Notes: a model not told the origin generated them from the sequence alone. A stretch of 64,000 bases of DNA from Opitutia bacterium (GCA_947478395.1 CANJVR010000003.1:384001-448000), one strand, 5' to 3'; numbered from the stretch's first letter, positions 17,528-28,494 are shown. A program made the numbers and translations.

Positions 17528-18072
17528 CAGACGGGAATTTTCTCGTGGGTTCCGGCGCGGAACCTTTGGAACGTCACCCAAATTTCGGTGCCATTTCGGA
17601 TCTCGACCGGCAACTCATCGAGCGCGCGGGGACTCGGGCTTTTCAAATCGAGGATCTGGCCGTCGAGCTTGAACTGACTGTTGTGGCACGGGCAGAAATA
17701 GTCTTTGTCCGTCGGGCGATACTTGACGGAGCAGCCAGCATGCGGGCACGAAGCGTTGAGCGCGCGGACACTGCCGCCTTTGAGCCGCTGGAGATAGACA
17801 CTGCCGACTGGGACGTTGGGCGTCGTATTCCAAGCGTCGACCAAAGTGATAATCGCCGGGAAAGCCACGGGCTCGCCTCCCTCCGGGACGGCGTTAAGGC
17901 TCGCGACGCGGATCGAGGCACCGACCTCTGATTTACGGCGGAGAGGATCGCACAAAACGCCGAGTCCGGCGACGGCCGGCGCAATGGCGAGAGAGCCTCC
18001 GATTACGATGGAGGCGGCTTTCGTGAGAAAGTCGCGCCGGTCGGGCTGTGACGGAAGGTGGGAGTTATCCAT
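17527..18072 (-). CDS. Rieske [2Fe-2S] subunit of a Rieske/cytochrome b complex
   Basis: Tat motif RRDFL plus TM helix; CPHAGC and CPCHNS boxes; SPRALD. Confidence 0.92.
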   Translation of the reverse strand: MDNSHLPSQPDRRDFLTKAASIVIGGSLAIAPAVAGLGVLCDPLRRKSEVGASIRVASLNAVPEGGEPVAFPAIITLVDAWNTTPNVPVGSVYLQRLKGGSVRALNASCPHAGCSVKYRPTDKDYFCPCHNSQFKLDGQILDLKSPSPRALDELPVEIRNGTEIWVTFQRFRAGTHEKIPV

Positions 18073-18427
18073 GCCGGAAAAAATGCGGCCAATTGGCCGC
18101 GGTGGTGGGACGAATTTCCCACGAAATCGTTTCTGAAGTAAACCGCAAATGGACGCGGCGATTTTCACAGACAGCGCAAGGATCCGATAAAATTTCCCCA
18201 CCGCTCCGGCGTGGCCGGGCGGTCATTAGCGAGGCACGCGGGCGAGTTAGCCCGGCAACTATAGCTGATGCTGGATCACCCCAGGCGACTTTCGGCGTAG
18301 GCTGGCGCGCTTGGGCGCTCACGGACGAGTTAAAGGTTAGGCGGAAAGGCCCCGAATCCCGCGGCCTGCGAGTTGCTTGCCTAGGGCCCGCGAGACAGAC
18401 ACGTTCGGCGGAAATTTCCCCTCTGTT

Positions 18428-20509
18428 ATGAGCTCTGTTACCCCGGTTTCTATTTGGCCCAAGACTTGGTGGCGTGCACTCGGTTGGAGCGCGGTCGTGG
18501 CGCTCGGCACGAGTTGCATCGGCGTCCTGGCGCTTTCGCGCGGCGAGCCACTCAACGCCCTTTGGATGGTCGTCGCGGCCCTGTGCGTGTTCGCGGTCTC
18601 GTACCGGTTTCACTCGGCGTGGCTCATGGCGAAAGTTTTCACGCTCGACGAACTCCGGGCCACGCCGGCGGAGCAGCACTCCGACGGGAAGGACTTCGTG
18701 AAGACGAACAAGTGGGTGGTCTTCGGTCACCATTTTGCTGCGATTGCCGGACCGGGGCCGCTGGTGGGCCCCGTCCTCGCGGCGCAGTTCGGTTATCTGC
18801 CCGGTATGCTGTGGATGCTGATCGGTGCCACACTCGGCGGCGCCGTCCATGACAGTGTGATCATGTTCTGTTCGGTGCGGCGTCGCGGCAAATCGCTCGG
18901 CCGGATGGTGCGCGATGAAGTGGGGCCGTTTGCTGGCATGGTGGCGTTGGTGAGCATTCTTGGGATCATGGTGATCTTGCTCGCGGTCCTCGCGCTCGTG
19001 GTGGTCAACGCGCTCGCGGAAAGTCCGTGGGGCCTCTTCACAATTTTGGCTACGATGCCCATCGCCGTGGTCATGGGATTCGCGATGCGCGGGGCCGGAC
19101 ATAGCACAGTACGATTGGTGGTGATCAGCGCGGTGGGGGTGATGGCGCTGCTCGCGGCGGTCTGGGGCGGGCGATACTTAGAGGGCACCGCGCTGGAGCA
19201 CTGGCTCACCCTCAATGGCACCACGCTGGCCTGGGGCATCATGGGGTACGCGATCGTCGCGTCGGTCTTGCCGGTCTGGGTGCTCCTCGCACCGCGGGAT
19301 TATCTGAGCACGTTCATGAAAATCGGCACGGTGGCCGCGCTCGGGCTGGCGATCGCAGTACTCGCGCCGAAATTGCAGATGCCGGCGCTCACTAAATTCA
19401 TCGACGGCTCGGGCCCGGTGTTCGCCGGGCCGGTGTTTCCCTTCTGTTTTATCACCATCGCGTGCGCGGCGGTGTCGGGCTTCCACTCGATCATCTCCTC
19501 GGGCACCACGCCGAAGATGATCGCACGCGAGACGCATATCCGCGTGGTGGGCTACGGCGCCATGATCACGGAAATGTGTGTCGGTATCATGGCGCTGATC
19601 GCCGCCTGCGCGATGCAGCCGGGCGAATATTTTGCCATCAACCTGAAGGGCGAAGCGGCGGTCGTCGTCGCGAAAGTCACGGCGCTCGGTTTTCCCGTGA
19701 CCGCGCCGCAAATGGCCGACCTTGCGGCGAGCGTGGGCGAAAAAACCATGATCGGCCGCACCGGCGGAGCCCCGACGTTTGCGGTGGGGATGGCGCATAT
19801 GTTTGCCGGAGTATTCGGCAGTCGGGCGGCGCTAGCGCTGTGGTATCATTTCGCGATCATGTTCGAGGCGCTGTTTATTCTGACGGCGATCGATGCCGGA
19901 ACGCGGGTGGGGCGCTTCGTCGTGCAGGATTTGCTCGGTTACGTCTGGAAACCGCTCGGCGACACGCGCTCGCTGGCGGGCAACACGCTCGCCACGGCGC
20001 TCTTCGTCGGCGCCTGGGGTTGGTTTCTATATCAAGGCGTGATTGATCCGCTGGGCGGCATCAACTCGCTCTGGCCGCTCTTCGGGGTGGCCAACCAGCT
20101 GCTCGCCGTCGTTGCGCTGGCGCTCGGGACGACGGTGTTGATCAAGATGGGCCGCGTCCGCTACGCGTGGGTGACGCTCCTGCCGCTCGGCTGGCTCCTG
20201 GCCGTGACGATGACGGCCGGTTCGATGAAAATCTTCAGCGCCGATCCGCGTCTGGGTTTCCTTAGCGGGGCCAACGCCTTGGTCGGTAAACTCGCCACGG
20301 CCACGGGGCCCGCCGAGATTGCTTCGCTGCAGCGGCAGATTTTTAACGCGCGGGTGGACGCCGCGGTGACGGGCACATTCCTGGTGCTGGTAATCTTCAT
20401 CGTCGCCGCAAATGCCCGCACTTGGTGGCAGCTTCTCGCCCGCAAGCGGGCGCCGGATTTGCGCGAAGAGCCCTACGTCCTCGGGCCGAGTGCCGCCACC
20501 AGCCCGTGA
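18428..20509 (+). CDS. cstA: Carbon starvation protein A family peptide/pyruvate transporter
   Basis: [70 protein letters not shown]. Confidence 0.93.
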   Translation: MSSVTPVSIWPKTWWRALGWSAVVALGTSCIGVLALSRGEPLNALWMVVAALCVFAVSYRFHSAWLMAKVFTLDELRATPAEQHSDGKDFVKTNKWVVFGHHFAAIAGPGPLVGPVLAAQFGYLPGMLWMLIGATLGGAVHDSVIMFCSVRRRGKSLGRMVRDEVGPFAGMVALVSILGIMVILLAVLALVVVNALAESPWGLFTILATMPIAVVMGFAMRGAGHSTVRLVVISAVGVMALLAAVWGGRYLEGTALEHWLTLNGTTLAWGIMGYAIVASVLPVWVLLAPRDYLSTFMKIGTVAALGLAIAVLAPKLQMPALTKFIDGSGPVFAGPVFPFCFITIACAAVSGFHSIISSGTTPKMIARETHIRVVGYGAMITEMCVGIMALIAACAMQPGEYFAINLKGEAAVVVAKVTALGFPVTAPQMADLAASVGEKTMIGRTGGAPTFAVGMAHMFAGVFGSRAALALWYHFAIMFEALFILTAIDAGTRVGRFVVQDLLGYVWKPLGDTRSLAGNTLATALFVGAWGWFLYQGVIDPLGGINSLWPLFGVANQLLAVVALALGTTVLIKMGRVRYAWVTLLPLGWLLAVTMTAGSMKIFSADPRLGFLSGANALVGKLATATGPAEIASLQRQIFNARVDAAVTGTFLVLVIFIVAANARTWWQLLARKRAPDLREEPYVLGPSAATSP

Positions 20510-20857
20510 TCCTGGATTAAGAAAACGTCCGCGACGCGGAGGATACGATGGGTCACCGCCGCAACCTTCCGGCTTTGAACTCACGATTCTGACTTCAAAC
20601 GCGCGAAGTGCGGACGGGTAAATTGAAACGCTAAATCTTTGGGGGACCGGACTCGGTTGCGGGCCACGGCTCACATCAGAGGTTGGGGTGATACCTCGTA
20701 AATTTCGGCGAGGTGGCTTGAACCAATTACGTTCTCCCTGTGAGCGGTAAAAATACGCGTTTCAATCTTTAGCGGAATCTGAACCCGGGGTGGGTCGATT
20801 TCAGTTTGAAGTTCCGAGGATGAACTTGAAATGAAACGGAAGAGACCTGGCTCAACG

Positions 20858-22885
20858 TCAAAATTTCAACGTGAACTCCACCCCATAGGTCCGCGGTGCG
20901 CCGGGCGTGCCGTGGCCGGTGCCGGCGGCGATGGCGCTGTAGTAGCCGATATCGGTGAGGTTTTCGCCGTAGGCGGTGACGCGGTAGTTTCCGCGGCTGT
21001 AGCCGAAACGAGCGCCGAGGAGCGCGTACGAGCGTTGGCCAAGGGCGAGGTTTTCGCTCTCGGTGTAGAACGTCCGGCCGTTCGCGGTCAGCTCGAGGCC
21101 GCCGAAGAAGCCACTCGCGTGGGCATAGTCGGCGCGGAGGCTGGCGTCGTAAAGCGGCACGTACGGCGCGCGTTTGCCGTTAAACGTTTTCCCGGTGTAA
21201 GGGTCGCGGAATTCACGGAGCGTCACGTCCGTCGTGCCGAGATCGGCGGCAAGCGTTACGCCGGGGAAGGGTTTCCAGGTGAGCTCAAGTTCGCTGCCAA
21301 ACGAACGCGCGCGGGGGGCATTGACGACGAGATAATCGTCCGCGACCGAGGTCGTGGCGAATGAGCGTTCGATTTGGTAACCGGTGATATCGTAATAGAA
21401 AAAGCGCAGCGTGGCGCTGATCGTTTTGTCGGTGGAAGCGCGAGTGATACCGGTCTCGAACGTTTTGGTTCGTTCGGGTGCGAAGGAAGCAAGAGCGCGA
21501 TTGCCCGTGAATGCGGAAAACCCGCCGGGTTTGTAGCCGGCGCCCAAGCTCGCGAAGAGATTGGTTTCGCGGTCGAGCGTGTAGTTCAGAGCGAGTTTAG
21601 GCAGGAGCGCGGTCGATGCACGCTGCAGATCGAAGACTTGCCGTACCGGGATGAATTCATCGCGCTGCATCGTCTTGCGCGAATCCTCGGCGCGAAGACC
21701 GACGGTGAAGCGGAGATCAGAGCTGAGCCGGAAGGTCGCTTCGCCAAAGGCGGCGAGGTCGCGGGCGTTGATCACGTAGCTGGATTTCTCGATGACGTAC
21801 GGGCCGAACGCGCGAGTGAAGCCACCGTCGGTGTCGCCATCGGTGTAGATCGCGCCGATCTGCCAGCGAACAGCAGACGTACCGGGCGACGCGAGCTTCA
21901 CTTCCTGATGCCAGTTTTTCTGGTTTAGCGTGGAGCCGTTGAACAGTTCAGAGGGACCGAAGGCGAGAACACTGGCGTAGGGGCCGAGATCCCAGCGGTT
22001 GAGACTCGTGGTGGCGCTCAGCAAGCCGATGGGCGTCGTGAATACGGCCTTCAGGGCAGCGTTGGCGGCGTCGAGCGCGGTGTAACCCTCGGTCTTCCGC
22101 GTAACGGTGAAGAGAGGTCCGCCGAGCGGGACGAGCGGCTGCACGCCATCGCGCACATGCAGGGCGGTGCCGAGGAAAGTGAGTTCAGTGCCGGGCGTGG
22201 GACGGAAGCGAAAGCGCGCGAGCGCTGAGGAAGATTCCTTGCCGTCGATATCGCGCCCAAGGCGGGTGTTGGTGAGGTATCCGTCGCGGGCGGAGTAGGC
22301 GGCGTTCACGTAGGCATCGGCTGTGGCGTGAGCGGCCGTGCTAGCACTCGCGGAAACCGCGCGGGCGGAATAATTGCCGTAGCTCGCGTCGATTTCGCCG
22401 CGCGCGGCGGTGCCGGGTTCGGGCGTGGTGAGCGTGACAACGCCCGCCGAGCCGGCACGGCCGAACACGGTGTTCTGGCTCGGACCGCGGTGTAATTCGG
22501 CCCGGGCGAAGCCGGCGAGGCTGGTGGGAAACGTGAAGCCACTGCCGAGCGGCAGATCGTCGAGATAAAAGCTGATCGCCGGATCACCGAAGATCGGCGT
22601 GTTGGTCAGGCCGCGCAGGGCGAAGGTATCGTTAAAGGAATGCGCGTCGTTGGTGGATTCGAAGAAATTCGCCGCGCGGGCCGCCAGCTCAGGGAGCGAA
22701 ATTTTGCTCTGGGGAAGATAGTCAAATCCCAGCCGTGAGACGGTGGCGGGGGACTCGGTCAATAAAAGTTCGGTGACGGTGACGGTCTCGCCGCGGACGA
22801 TCGGTTCGAGGCGCGGGGTCGACTGTGCGCGAACAAACGCAACGGAGCTGATAAAAATAAGGGTGAGGCCAGGGATGAAACGCAT
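20858..22885 (-). CDS. TonB-dependent receptor
   Basis: Signal peptide; plug ALRGL...YLDD...ELHRGP...GVV; GYKPGGF, PERTKTFETG, GENLTD, PRTYGVEFTLKF with terminal Phe. Confidence 0.9.
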   Translation of the reverse strand: MRFIPGLTLIFISSVAFVRAQSTPRLEPIVRGETVTVTELLLTESPATVSRLGFDYLPQSKISLPELAARAANFFESTNDAHSFNDTFALRGLTNTPIFGDPAISFYLDDLPLGSGFTFPTSLAGFARAELHRGPSQNTVFGRAGSAGVVTLTTPEPGTAARGEIDASYGNYSARAVSASASTAAHATADAYVNAAYSARDGYLTNTRLGRDIDGKESSSALARFRFRPTPGTELTFLGTALHVRDGVQPLVPLGGPLFTVTRKTEGYTALDAANAALKAVFTTPIGLLSATTSLNRWDLGPYASVLAFGPSELFNGSTLNQKNWHQEVKLASPGTSAVRWQIGAIYTDGDTDGGFTRAFGPYVIEKSSYVINARDLAAFGEATFRLSSDLRFTVGLRAEDSRKTMQRDEFIPVRQVFDLQRASTALLPKLALNYTLDRETNLFASLGAGYKPGGFSAFTGNRALASFAPERTKTFETGITRASTDKTISATLRFFYYDITGYQIERSFATTSVADDYLVVNAPRARSFGSELELTWKPFPGVTLAADLGTTDVTLREFRDPYTGKTFNGKRAPYVPLYDASLRADYAHASGFFGGLELTANGRTFYTESENLALGQRSYALLGARFGYSRGNYRVTAYGENLTDIGYYSAIAAGTGHGTPGAPRTYGVEFTLKF

Positions 22886-23045
22886 GGGTTTTCGAGGAAG
22901 GCGGCAGGTAAAAGATTAACGCGCAGACACGAGGGTGAAAAAGTTGTTTCGGTTTAGGCGAGTAGGGGCGGAGCACTTTATCTCTAGCGGTTTGGCTTGG
23001 CCCCGGTTTCTGCAAAAACCGAGGCACTAAACCCTGCGACTACCC

Positions 23046-23074
23046 AATAAAAAGCCGGCCCTGCAGGCCGGCTT
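23046..23074 (-). terminator. Rho-independent terminator downstream of pfk
   Basis: Minus strand reads AAGCCGGCC-TGCA-GGGCCGGCTT followed by TTTATT, about 25 nt after the pfk stop. Confidence 0.75.
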
Positions 23075-23098
23075 GGAAGAAGAAAGGCTTTGCGGAGG

Positions 23099-24355
23099 TC
23101 AGGCCTGGTAGGGCGGCAGAACTTTGTCGGCGCGCACTTTCTCAAGCCGGGCGAAGACTGGGACGCCGTTGTCCGAGGGGATGGCAACTTCACCGGCGAT
23201 GAGCGGTTGCGCGTAGCGCAGGAACTGGAAGTTCATGCTGACGCCGTCCTCGTTGATCCATTCGCGGGGCAGTTTTTTCACGCCGTTGGCGATGTCGCTC
23301 AGGGACGCGAGGCCGGTTTCGACGCTGTAGGCCTCGGCGTCGCCGCGGAGGAGCGTGACCATCTTGTCGGTTTCGCCGGCGATGGCGGCTTCGACGGCAG
23401 CTTGGCCGGCGAGGTAAGCCTCATCGACGTCCGTTTTCGACGCGGTATGGGCCGCGGCGCGTTGCATGAGGCCGGGTTTGGCGACGCGCACTTTCACGCC
23501 GGGAATGTTCTGTTCGACGATTTCGCCGAGCACATCGCCGGCGCCGCCGAGTTTGGCGTGGCCGAAAGCGTCGGTCGCGGCGTCGGCGGCGACGTAGTTG
23601 CCGTTGGCATCTACGAGGCCTTCGGCGACGACGATTTGGCAGAATTTTTCGCGCTTCAGGACCCGACGGATGTCTTCGAGGACCTTCGCTTGGTCGAAGG
23701 GAATTTCGGGGAGCAAAATGAGGTGCGGCGGATCGTGCGGGTGATCCTTGCGTTTTGCGAGGGCGGTACCGGCGGCGATCCAGCCGGCGCTGCGGCCCAT
23801 GACTTCGATAATGGAGACGAGGTCGCCTTGGCCCATCGCTTCGCTGTCGCAGGCGATTTCACGGACGGTGGTGGCGAGATATTTGATCACGCTGCCGTAG
23901 CCAGGGGTGTGATCGGTGATGGGGAGATCGTTGTCGATCGTCTTGGGTACCCCGATGACGCGGAGTTCATAGCCCTGAGCTTGGGCGAGCTTGGAGATCT
24001 TATCGGCCGTGTCCTGTGAATCGTTGCCGCCGATGTAGAAAAAGTAGCGGATATTGTGCGCCTTGAACACTTCTAGCACGCGGTCGAAATCGGCCTGTTT
24101 CTTGAGCTTGTAGCGGCAGGTACCGAGAGCGGCGCCGGGCGTGTATTTGAGGGCGCGGATTTGCTGCTGGGACTCGGCGGCCAAGTCGATGAAGTCCTCG
24201 TTCAGGATGCCGAGGACGCCATTGAGCGTGCCGTAGATCTCCTCGATACACTCATGGTTGAGCGCTTCGGCGATGACGCCTGCGACGCTGGCATTGATGA
24301 CGGAGGTGGGGCCACCGGACTGGCCCACCAAGACGTTTCCTACAAGTTCAGCCAT
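23099..24355 (-). CDS. 6-phosphofructokinase, probably PPi-dependent
   Basis: GQSGGPT, GGNDS, PKTIDND, EVMGRSAGW. Asp in GGNDS and Lys in PKTIDND are the PPi-type signature. Confidence 0.9.
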   Translation of the reverse strand: MAELVGNVLVGQSGGPTSVINASVAGVIAEALNHECIEEIYGTLNGVLGILNEDFIDLAAESQQQIRALKYTPGAALGTCRYKLKKQADFDRVLEVFKAHNIRYFFYIGGNDSQDTADKISKLAQAQGYELRVIGVPKTIDNDLPITDHTPGYGSVIKYLATTVREIACDSEAMGQGDLVSIIEVMGRSAGWIAAGTALAKRKDHPHDPPHLILLPEIPFDQAKVLEDIRRVLKREKFCQIVVAEGLVDANGNYVAADAATDAFGHAKLGGAGDVLGEIVEQNIPGVKVRVAKPGLMQRAAAHTASKTDVDEAYLAGQAAVEAAIAGETDKMVTLLRGDAEAYSVETGLASLSDIANGVKKLPREWINEDGVSMNFQFLRYAQPLIAGEVAIPSDNGVPVFARLEKVRADKVLPPYQA

Positions 24356-24567
24356 GATGATGTGGTGTTAAATTTAAACGATGTGCGACTGCGTGAATGG
24401 GAGAGGAAGCGCGGGGGGTGCGGCGGAAGCAAACGAAAATTTGCGCGGTGGCTGCGGGGCTCTGCTCATCTGGGATCGAGCCGCTGGAATTTGAAACAGA
24501 ACTGGCCTGAGGGTGCTGGATTATGGCAATCTGGGTGGTGCTCAGAAGTTCTTAAAAACAGTCCACC

Positions 24568-25620
24568 ATGCCCCGCCTGCGCCTCGCCGTTTTTTTTGCC
24601 ATGCTCGCGCCCGTTTGGGGCGTGGAAGTCGCGGCGTCGCTTCCTTCGGCCGACCGTGCTCCGGTGCAGGCGAAACACGGGAGCGATGATTTTGTTTTCT
24701 CTCTCTGGCCAACGGCGTTTCAGCGTCATCCTCGGCTGGACTTTAATGTCGTCACCGAAATGACCGGGGCGGGCCGGAAATGGCCGGCGCCTTCGCCGAA
24801 GAACCCCGCTTACTATGTCGTGCAAGCAGGGCAGCCCTACAACGGCGGACTCATGGGCCCGGAAGGAAGTCTTGATCCGCGGGCCGGCCCGCAATTCTTC
24901 TCGGCGTTGGAAAGGGCATTGGGCGAAAATGGTTTTCGCCCGGCGGCAGGCACCGGTCAGAGCCCGACCATCGTGATTATTTATCAATATGGCGCGTATG
25001 CCTTCAATCCGCCGGTGACCACGGCCTCACCGATGTTGGGTGAGGTCGACAACGGCGCAGCCGATCCCGCTCTGCCCGAAGACGTCGCGCTGCCTGAGCG
25101 GGAAATTAGACGGGCCTTGCTGAATCGAGCCCTGCTCTTGGGCGGACGAAAATTTGCGGCGCAGATCGCCGACGCCATGGATCAGGTGGACGTGAAGGCC
25201 CGGCTGGAACGCGTGTTCGCCGCGCCCGACGGGGCGGAGGCTTCGGTCGGCAGCGTAGGGGCGTTGCTGCCGGATTCATTCGATCGTCTGCGGGCGCAGA
25301 GCGTGGCAATGGAACGGCTGGTCGAGGAATTGTTTGCGAGCAGCTATTTTGTTGTCGCTTCGGCCTACGACTACAAAGCACTCGCGAAAGGCGAACGGCG
25401 GCTGCTCTGGCGCACCAAGATGACGGTAAATTCAATGGGCGTTAACATGGCTGAAAGCCTGCCCCCACTCATCGCGAGTGCCGCCCCTTTTCTCGGCCGG
25501 GAGACGGCGGAGCCGGTGGCGATGACCAAACAAGTTTCCCGTTCGGGTCGCGTGGAGGTCGGCGCACCCACCGTGGACGAACGGGCGCCGGCGGCGCCCA
25601 ATCCGCTTCTGGCCCGATAA
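24568..25620 (+). CDS. Secreted hypothetical protein
   Basis: 350-aa ORF with signal peptide filling the gap between pfk and purB; C-terminal YFVVASAYDY...LLWRTKM block; no function recognised. Confidence 0.7.
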   Translation: MPRLRLAVFFAMLAPVWGVEVAASLPSADRAPVQAKHGSDDFVFSLWPTAFQRHPRLDFNVVTEMTGAGRKWPAPSPKNPAYYVVQAGQPYNGGLMGPEGSLDPRAGPQFFSALERALGENGFRPAAGTGQSPTIVIIYQYGAYAFNPPVTTASPMLGEVDNGAADPALPEDVALPEREIRRALLNRALLLGGRKFAAQIADAMDQVDVKARLERVFAAPDGAEASVGSVGALLPDSFDRLRAQSVAMERLVEELFASSYFVVASAYDYKALAKGERRLLWRTKMTVNSMGVNMAESLPPLIASAAPFLGRETAEPVAMTKQVSRSGRVEVGAPTVDERAPAAPNPLLAR

Positions 25621-25674
25621 ATTTTTTACCGAAGCGGAGATCGCTTCACGGAAAATTCGGACGGGACGCCGGCG

Positions 25675-27144
25675 TCAGAGCAACCGCGCCGGCAGATATT
25701 CCGCCGAGCCTTTGTAACGTTTTGCGAGCGGTTTTACTGCGGTGATGAATGCGTCCACCTGGTGGGGCGCCGCGCCGACAAAACGGGCGTTTTCCGAGAG
25801 AATCGCTTGCAGCGCTTTTTTCCCGAGGCCCAAGCGGCGATCGCCGGCGAGGCGCGCGAGCAGATCGGCGTCGCCATTGCCCGAGCGGAGCGCTTTCGCC
25901 GCGGCGAGCGCGTGTTCCTTGATCGCTTCGTGCGCGGTTTCGCGACCCGCACCCTGTTTGACCGCTTCCATCAGAATGGTCGTGGTCGCGAGGAAGGGCA
26001 GATTGCGTTCGTTCTCCGCGCTGATCGCGGCCGGGAAAACCTCCATCTGGCGCAGCACGGTGAGATACGTCTCAAGCAGGCCATCGATCGCGAAGAAGGC
26101 GTCGGGCAACGCGACGCGGCGCACGACCGAACACGAAACATCGCCTTCGTTCCACTGGTGGCCGGCGAGGGCGCCCGTCATCGCAACGTAACCGGAAATG
26201 ATCGTGGAAAAACCGCAGATGCGCTCGCAGTTGCGCGCGTTTACCTTGTGCGGCATGGCCGACGAGCCGACCTGTCCGGCTTGAAAACCTTCGGTGAGCA
26301 GGCCGGCTCCCGCCATGAGGCGCAGCGTCGTGGCGAAACTGGCCGCGGCCGCTCCGATCTGGTGCAGCGCGGTGACCACTTCGAAATCCAAACTGCGCGG
26401 ATAGACCTGGCCGACGGCATCGAGCGACGCGCGGAACCCGAGGTGCTTGATCACGCGCGCCTCGAGATCGGCGACTTTGTGCGCGTCGCCGCCGAGCAGG
26501 GTGAGTTGGTCGAGTTGGGTGCCGACCGCACCCTTCAAGCCGCGCACCGGATAACGCTCGATCAACTCCGTGAGGCGCGTAAACGCCGCGAGCAACTCCT
26601 GGCCGAACATCGCGAAACGTTTGCCGAGGGTGGTCGGTTGAGCCGGAACGTTGTGCGTGCGGCCCGTGAGCATGAGATCGCGGTGCGCCTCCGCCTGACG
26701 CGAGAGCGCGAGGAGCGCGGCCGCAGTTTTAAAACGCACGACCTGCAGGCCGCGATAAATCTGGAGCTGCTCGACATTCTCCGTGAGGTCGCGACTCGTG
26801 AGTCCTAGGTGGATGAACTGGCGTTTGGCGAGTTCCGAAAACTCCTCGATGCGAGCTTTCACGTCATGGAGCGTGATGCGTTCGCGTTGGCCGATGGCGC
26901 CGAGGTCGATCTGTGATTTGACGCGTTCGTAGTCCTTGATCGCGTCGGCGGGAATCGGGACGCCGAGATCGCGCTGGGCCTTCATGACGGCGATCCAGAA
27001 ATCGCGTTCGAGCGCGACCCGCCCGTGCTGCGACCAGATGGCTTTCATCGCGGTCGACGCGTAGCGCTCGGCGAGGACGTTGGGGATCGCGGCCTCGGTT
27101 AGTTCAGGAGTGGCGGGCACAGCGGGAGCGATGGACGGCTTCAA
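25675..27144 (-). CDS. purB: Adenylosuccinate lyase
   Basis: NVLAERYAS, HDVKA, IHLGLTSRD, GRTHNVPAQPTTLGKR, GSSAMPHKVN. Exact start uncertain (TTG). Confidence 0.93.
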   Translation of the reverse strand: MKPSIAPAVPATPELTEAAIPNVLAERYASTAMKAIWSQHGRVALERDFWIAVMKAQRDLGVPIPADAIKDYERVKSQIDLGAIGQRERITLHDVKARIEEFSELAKRQFIHLGLTSRDLTENVEQLQIYRGLQVVRFKTAAALLALSRQAEAHRDLMLTGRTHNVPAQPTTLGKRFAMFGQELLAAFTRLTELIERYPVRGLKGAVGTQLDQLTLLGGDAHKVADLEARVIKHLGFRASLDAVGQVYPRSLDFEVVTALHQIGAAAASFATTLRLMAGAGLLTEGFQAGQVGSSAMPHKVNARNCERICGFSTIISGYVAMTGALAGHQWNEGDVSCSVVRRVALPDAFFAIDGLLETYLTVLRQMEVFPAAISAENERNLPFLATTTILMEAVKQGAGRETAHEAIKEHALAAAKALRSGNGDADLLARLAGDRRLGLGKKALQAILSENARFVGAAPHQVDAFITAVKPLAKRYKGSAEYLPARLL

Positions 27145-27297
27145 GGGATGGGGATTACACCGAGAGAAGAACCATGGGCAAACGGGAAAATGCCAGAGCG
27201 GTTCTTCCAGGAGGACGCCTCGACCAGGAATGGCGCGGGATCAGTCGCGAGGCGCCAGGATGGGTTAAGCCATGGCGCGCCCCTGAAACGGCACGGC

Positions 27298-28401
27298 TTA
27301 CGCCGCCAGACAGCGCACCGTCATTTCGCGGAGCACTTCTTCCTGTTCGTTGGAACGGCGGATGATCGTTTCGAAGGCGGAGATGAATTCCTGCTGGTTG
27401 TCGATCAGCCGGCGTAGCGAGGGGAGTTTCGCCGAGCCGGCGAGTTTTCCGACGTACCACGCGTTTTGCGTGAAGAGATTATAAGAACTCTTCTCCGTCG
27501 CGCCGATGAAATGATTTCCATATGCCGCCTGCGCGCGTGGCAGGCCGTCGAGCCCGCGCGGCCCGAGGCGCACGTCGCCGCTGTCGACGAGCGCGCGCAC
27601 TTGGAGAAGAATGCGGTTCCGATTCTGCAGGGCGCTGATGATCGGGCGCGCGTCGCCGCCGGAGAAAAAGTGGCGATGGAGCGCGGCGAGCGTCCACCTC
27701 AAGTCACCGCTGAAAAACGCCTCGGCGGCCTCAAAAAAATCGCCCTCCGCCACGTTCGGGGTGAGCTCCGCCACGTGGGCCTCCTCAATTTTCGCGCCGT
27801 TTTCTGCGCCAGCGTAGGTCGCCAGTTTGCGCGTTTCCTCGACGACGAGGCGCGTGTTCGCGCCGACTTTCGCGAGTAGCAGCTCAAGCGCACCCGGGGC
27901 AAACGCGATGCCGAGGGAGCGGGCTTCGGCCAGCGCGACGCCCGCGAGCGCCTCACCGGCATCGTCGCCGTCGCCTCCCGCCAGCGCGAAGTCGGCATTT
28001 TTCTCGCACCATTTGGGAAACGAGCGGCGGCGATCCACCGGCGAGGCCGTGATGAGCACGCTCGTTTCGGCCGGATTCAAACCTTCGAGCAGTTGTTGCA
28101 GATCCTCGACGAGTTTTAGCGTGCCCTCGGCGCGGCCGGTTGGGGTGTCGGCGAGAAAGTTGACGTCCTTCAACCACACCACGCGTTTGCCACCGAACAT
28201 CGAGACCGTCTGCACGCTTTCCCGAAAGCGGTTCAACGCCGTCTCAACCTCGCCCATATTTGCGGCGAATCCGTTGATGGTTTCGCGGGAAAACTCATCC
28301 GCGACATCGGCGGTGAGTGCGGCGAATCGTTCCGCGCCCATCCGGCCGACGAGATAATCGTCGCCGCCGCAGATGAACGTGAAATTTTTCGCCGGAGCCA
28401 T
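27298..28401 (-). CDS. holA: DNA polymerase III delta subunit
   Basis: FICGGDDYLV, TVSMFGGKRVVWLKD, ETRKLATY pattern; typical length. Confidence 0.8.
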   Translation of the reverse strand: MAPAKNFTFICGGDDYLVGRMGAERFAALTADVADEFSRETINGFAANMGEVETALNRFRESVQTVSMFGGKRVVWLKDVNFLADTPTGRAEGTLKLVEDLQQLLEGLNPAETSVLITASPVDRRRSFPKWCEKNADFALAGGDGDDAGEALAGVALAEARSLGIAFAPGALELLLAKVGANTRLVVEETRKLATYAGAENGAKIEEAHVAELTPNVAEGDFFEAAEAFFSGDLRWTLAALHRHFFSGGDARPIISALQNRNRILLQVRALVDSGDVRLGPRGLDGLPRAQAAYGNHFIGATEKSSYNLFTQNAWYVGKLAGSAKLPSLRRLIDNQQEFISAFETIIRRSNEQEEVLREMTVRCLAA

Positions 28402-28494
28402 AGGCCCTGATATGGCGTGGAAGGCGCGACGGGCGCACGAAAAAAATCGCCAGTGGTTCCGGCGTGCGCTGAATCAGCGTGATCTTTTCGTTTG

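Noticed and set aside
20510..20857. Small ybdD/yjiX-like partner gene or sRNA after cstA
   Set aside because: No matching small ORF found; only an imperfect hairpin at about 20799-20836 that may be a terminator.
22886..23045. Possible cobalamin or TPP riboswitch, or Fur box, upstream of the second TBDR
   Set aside because: No B12 box, TPP core or Fur-like palindrome recognisable by eye.
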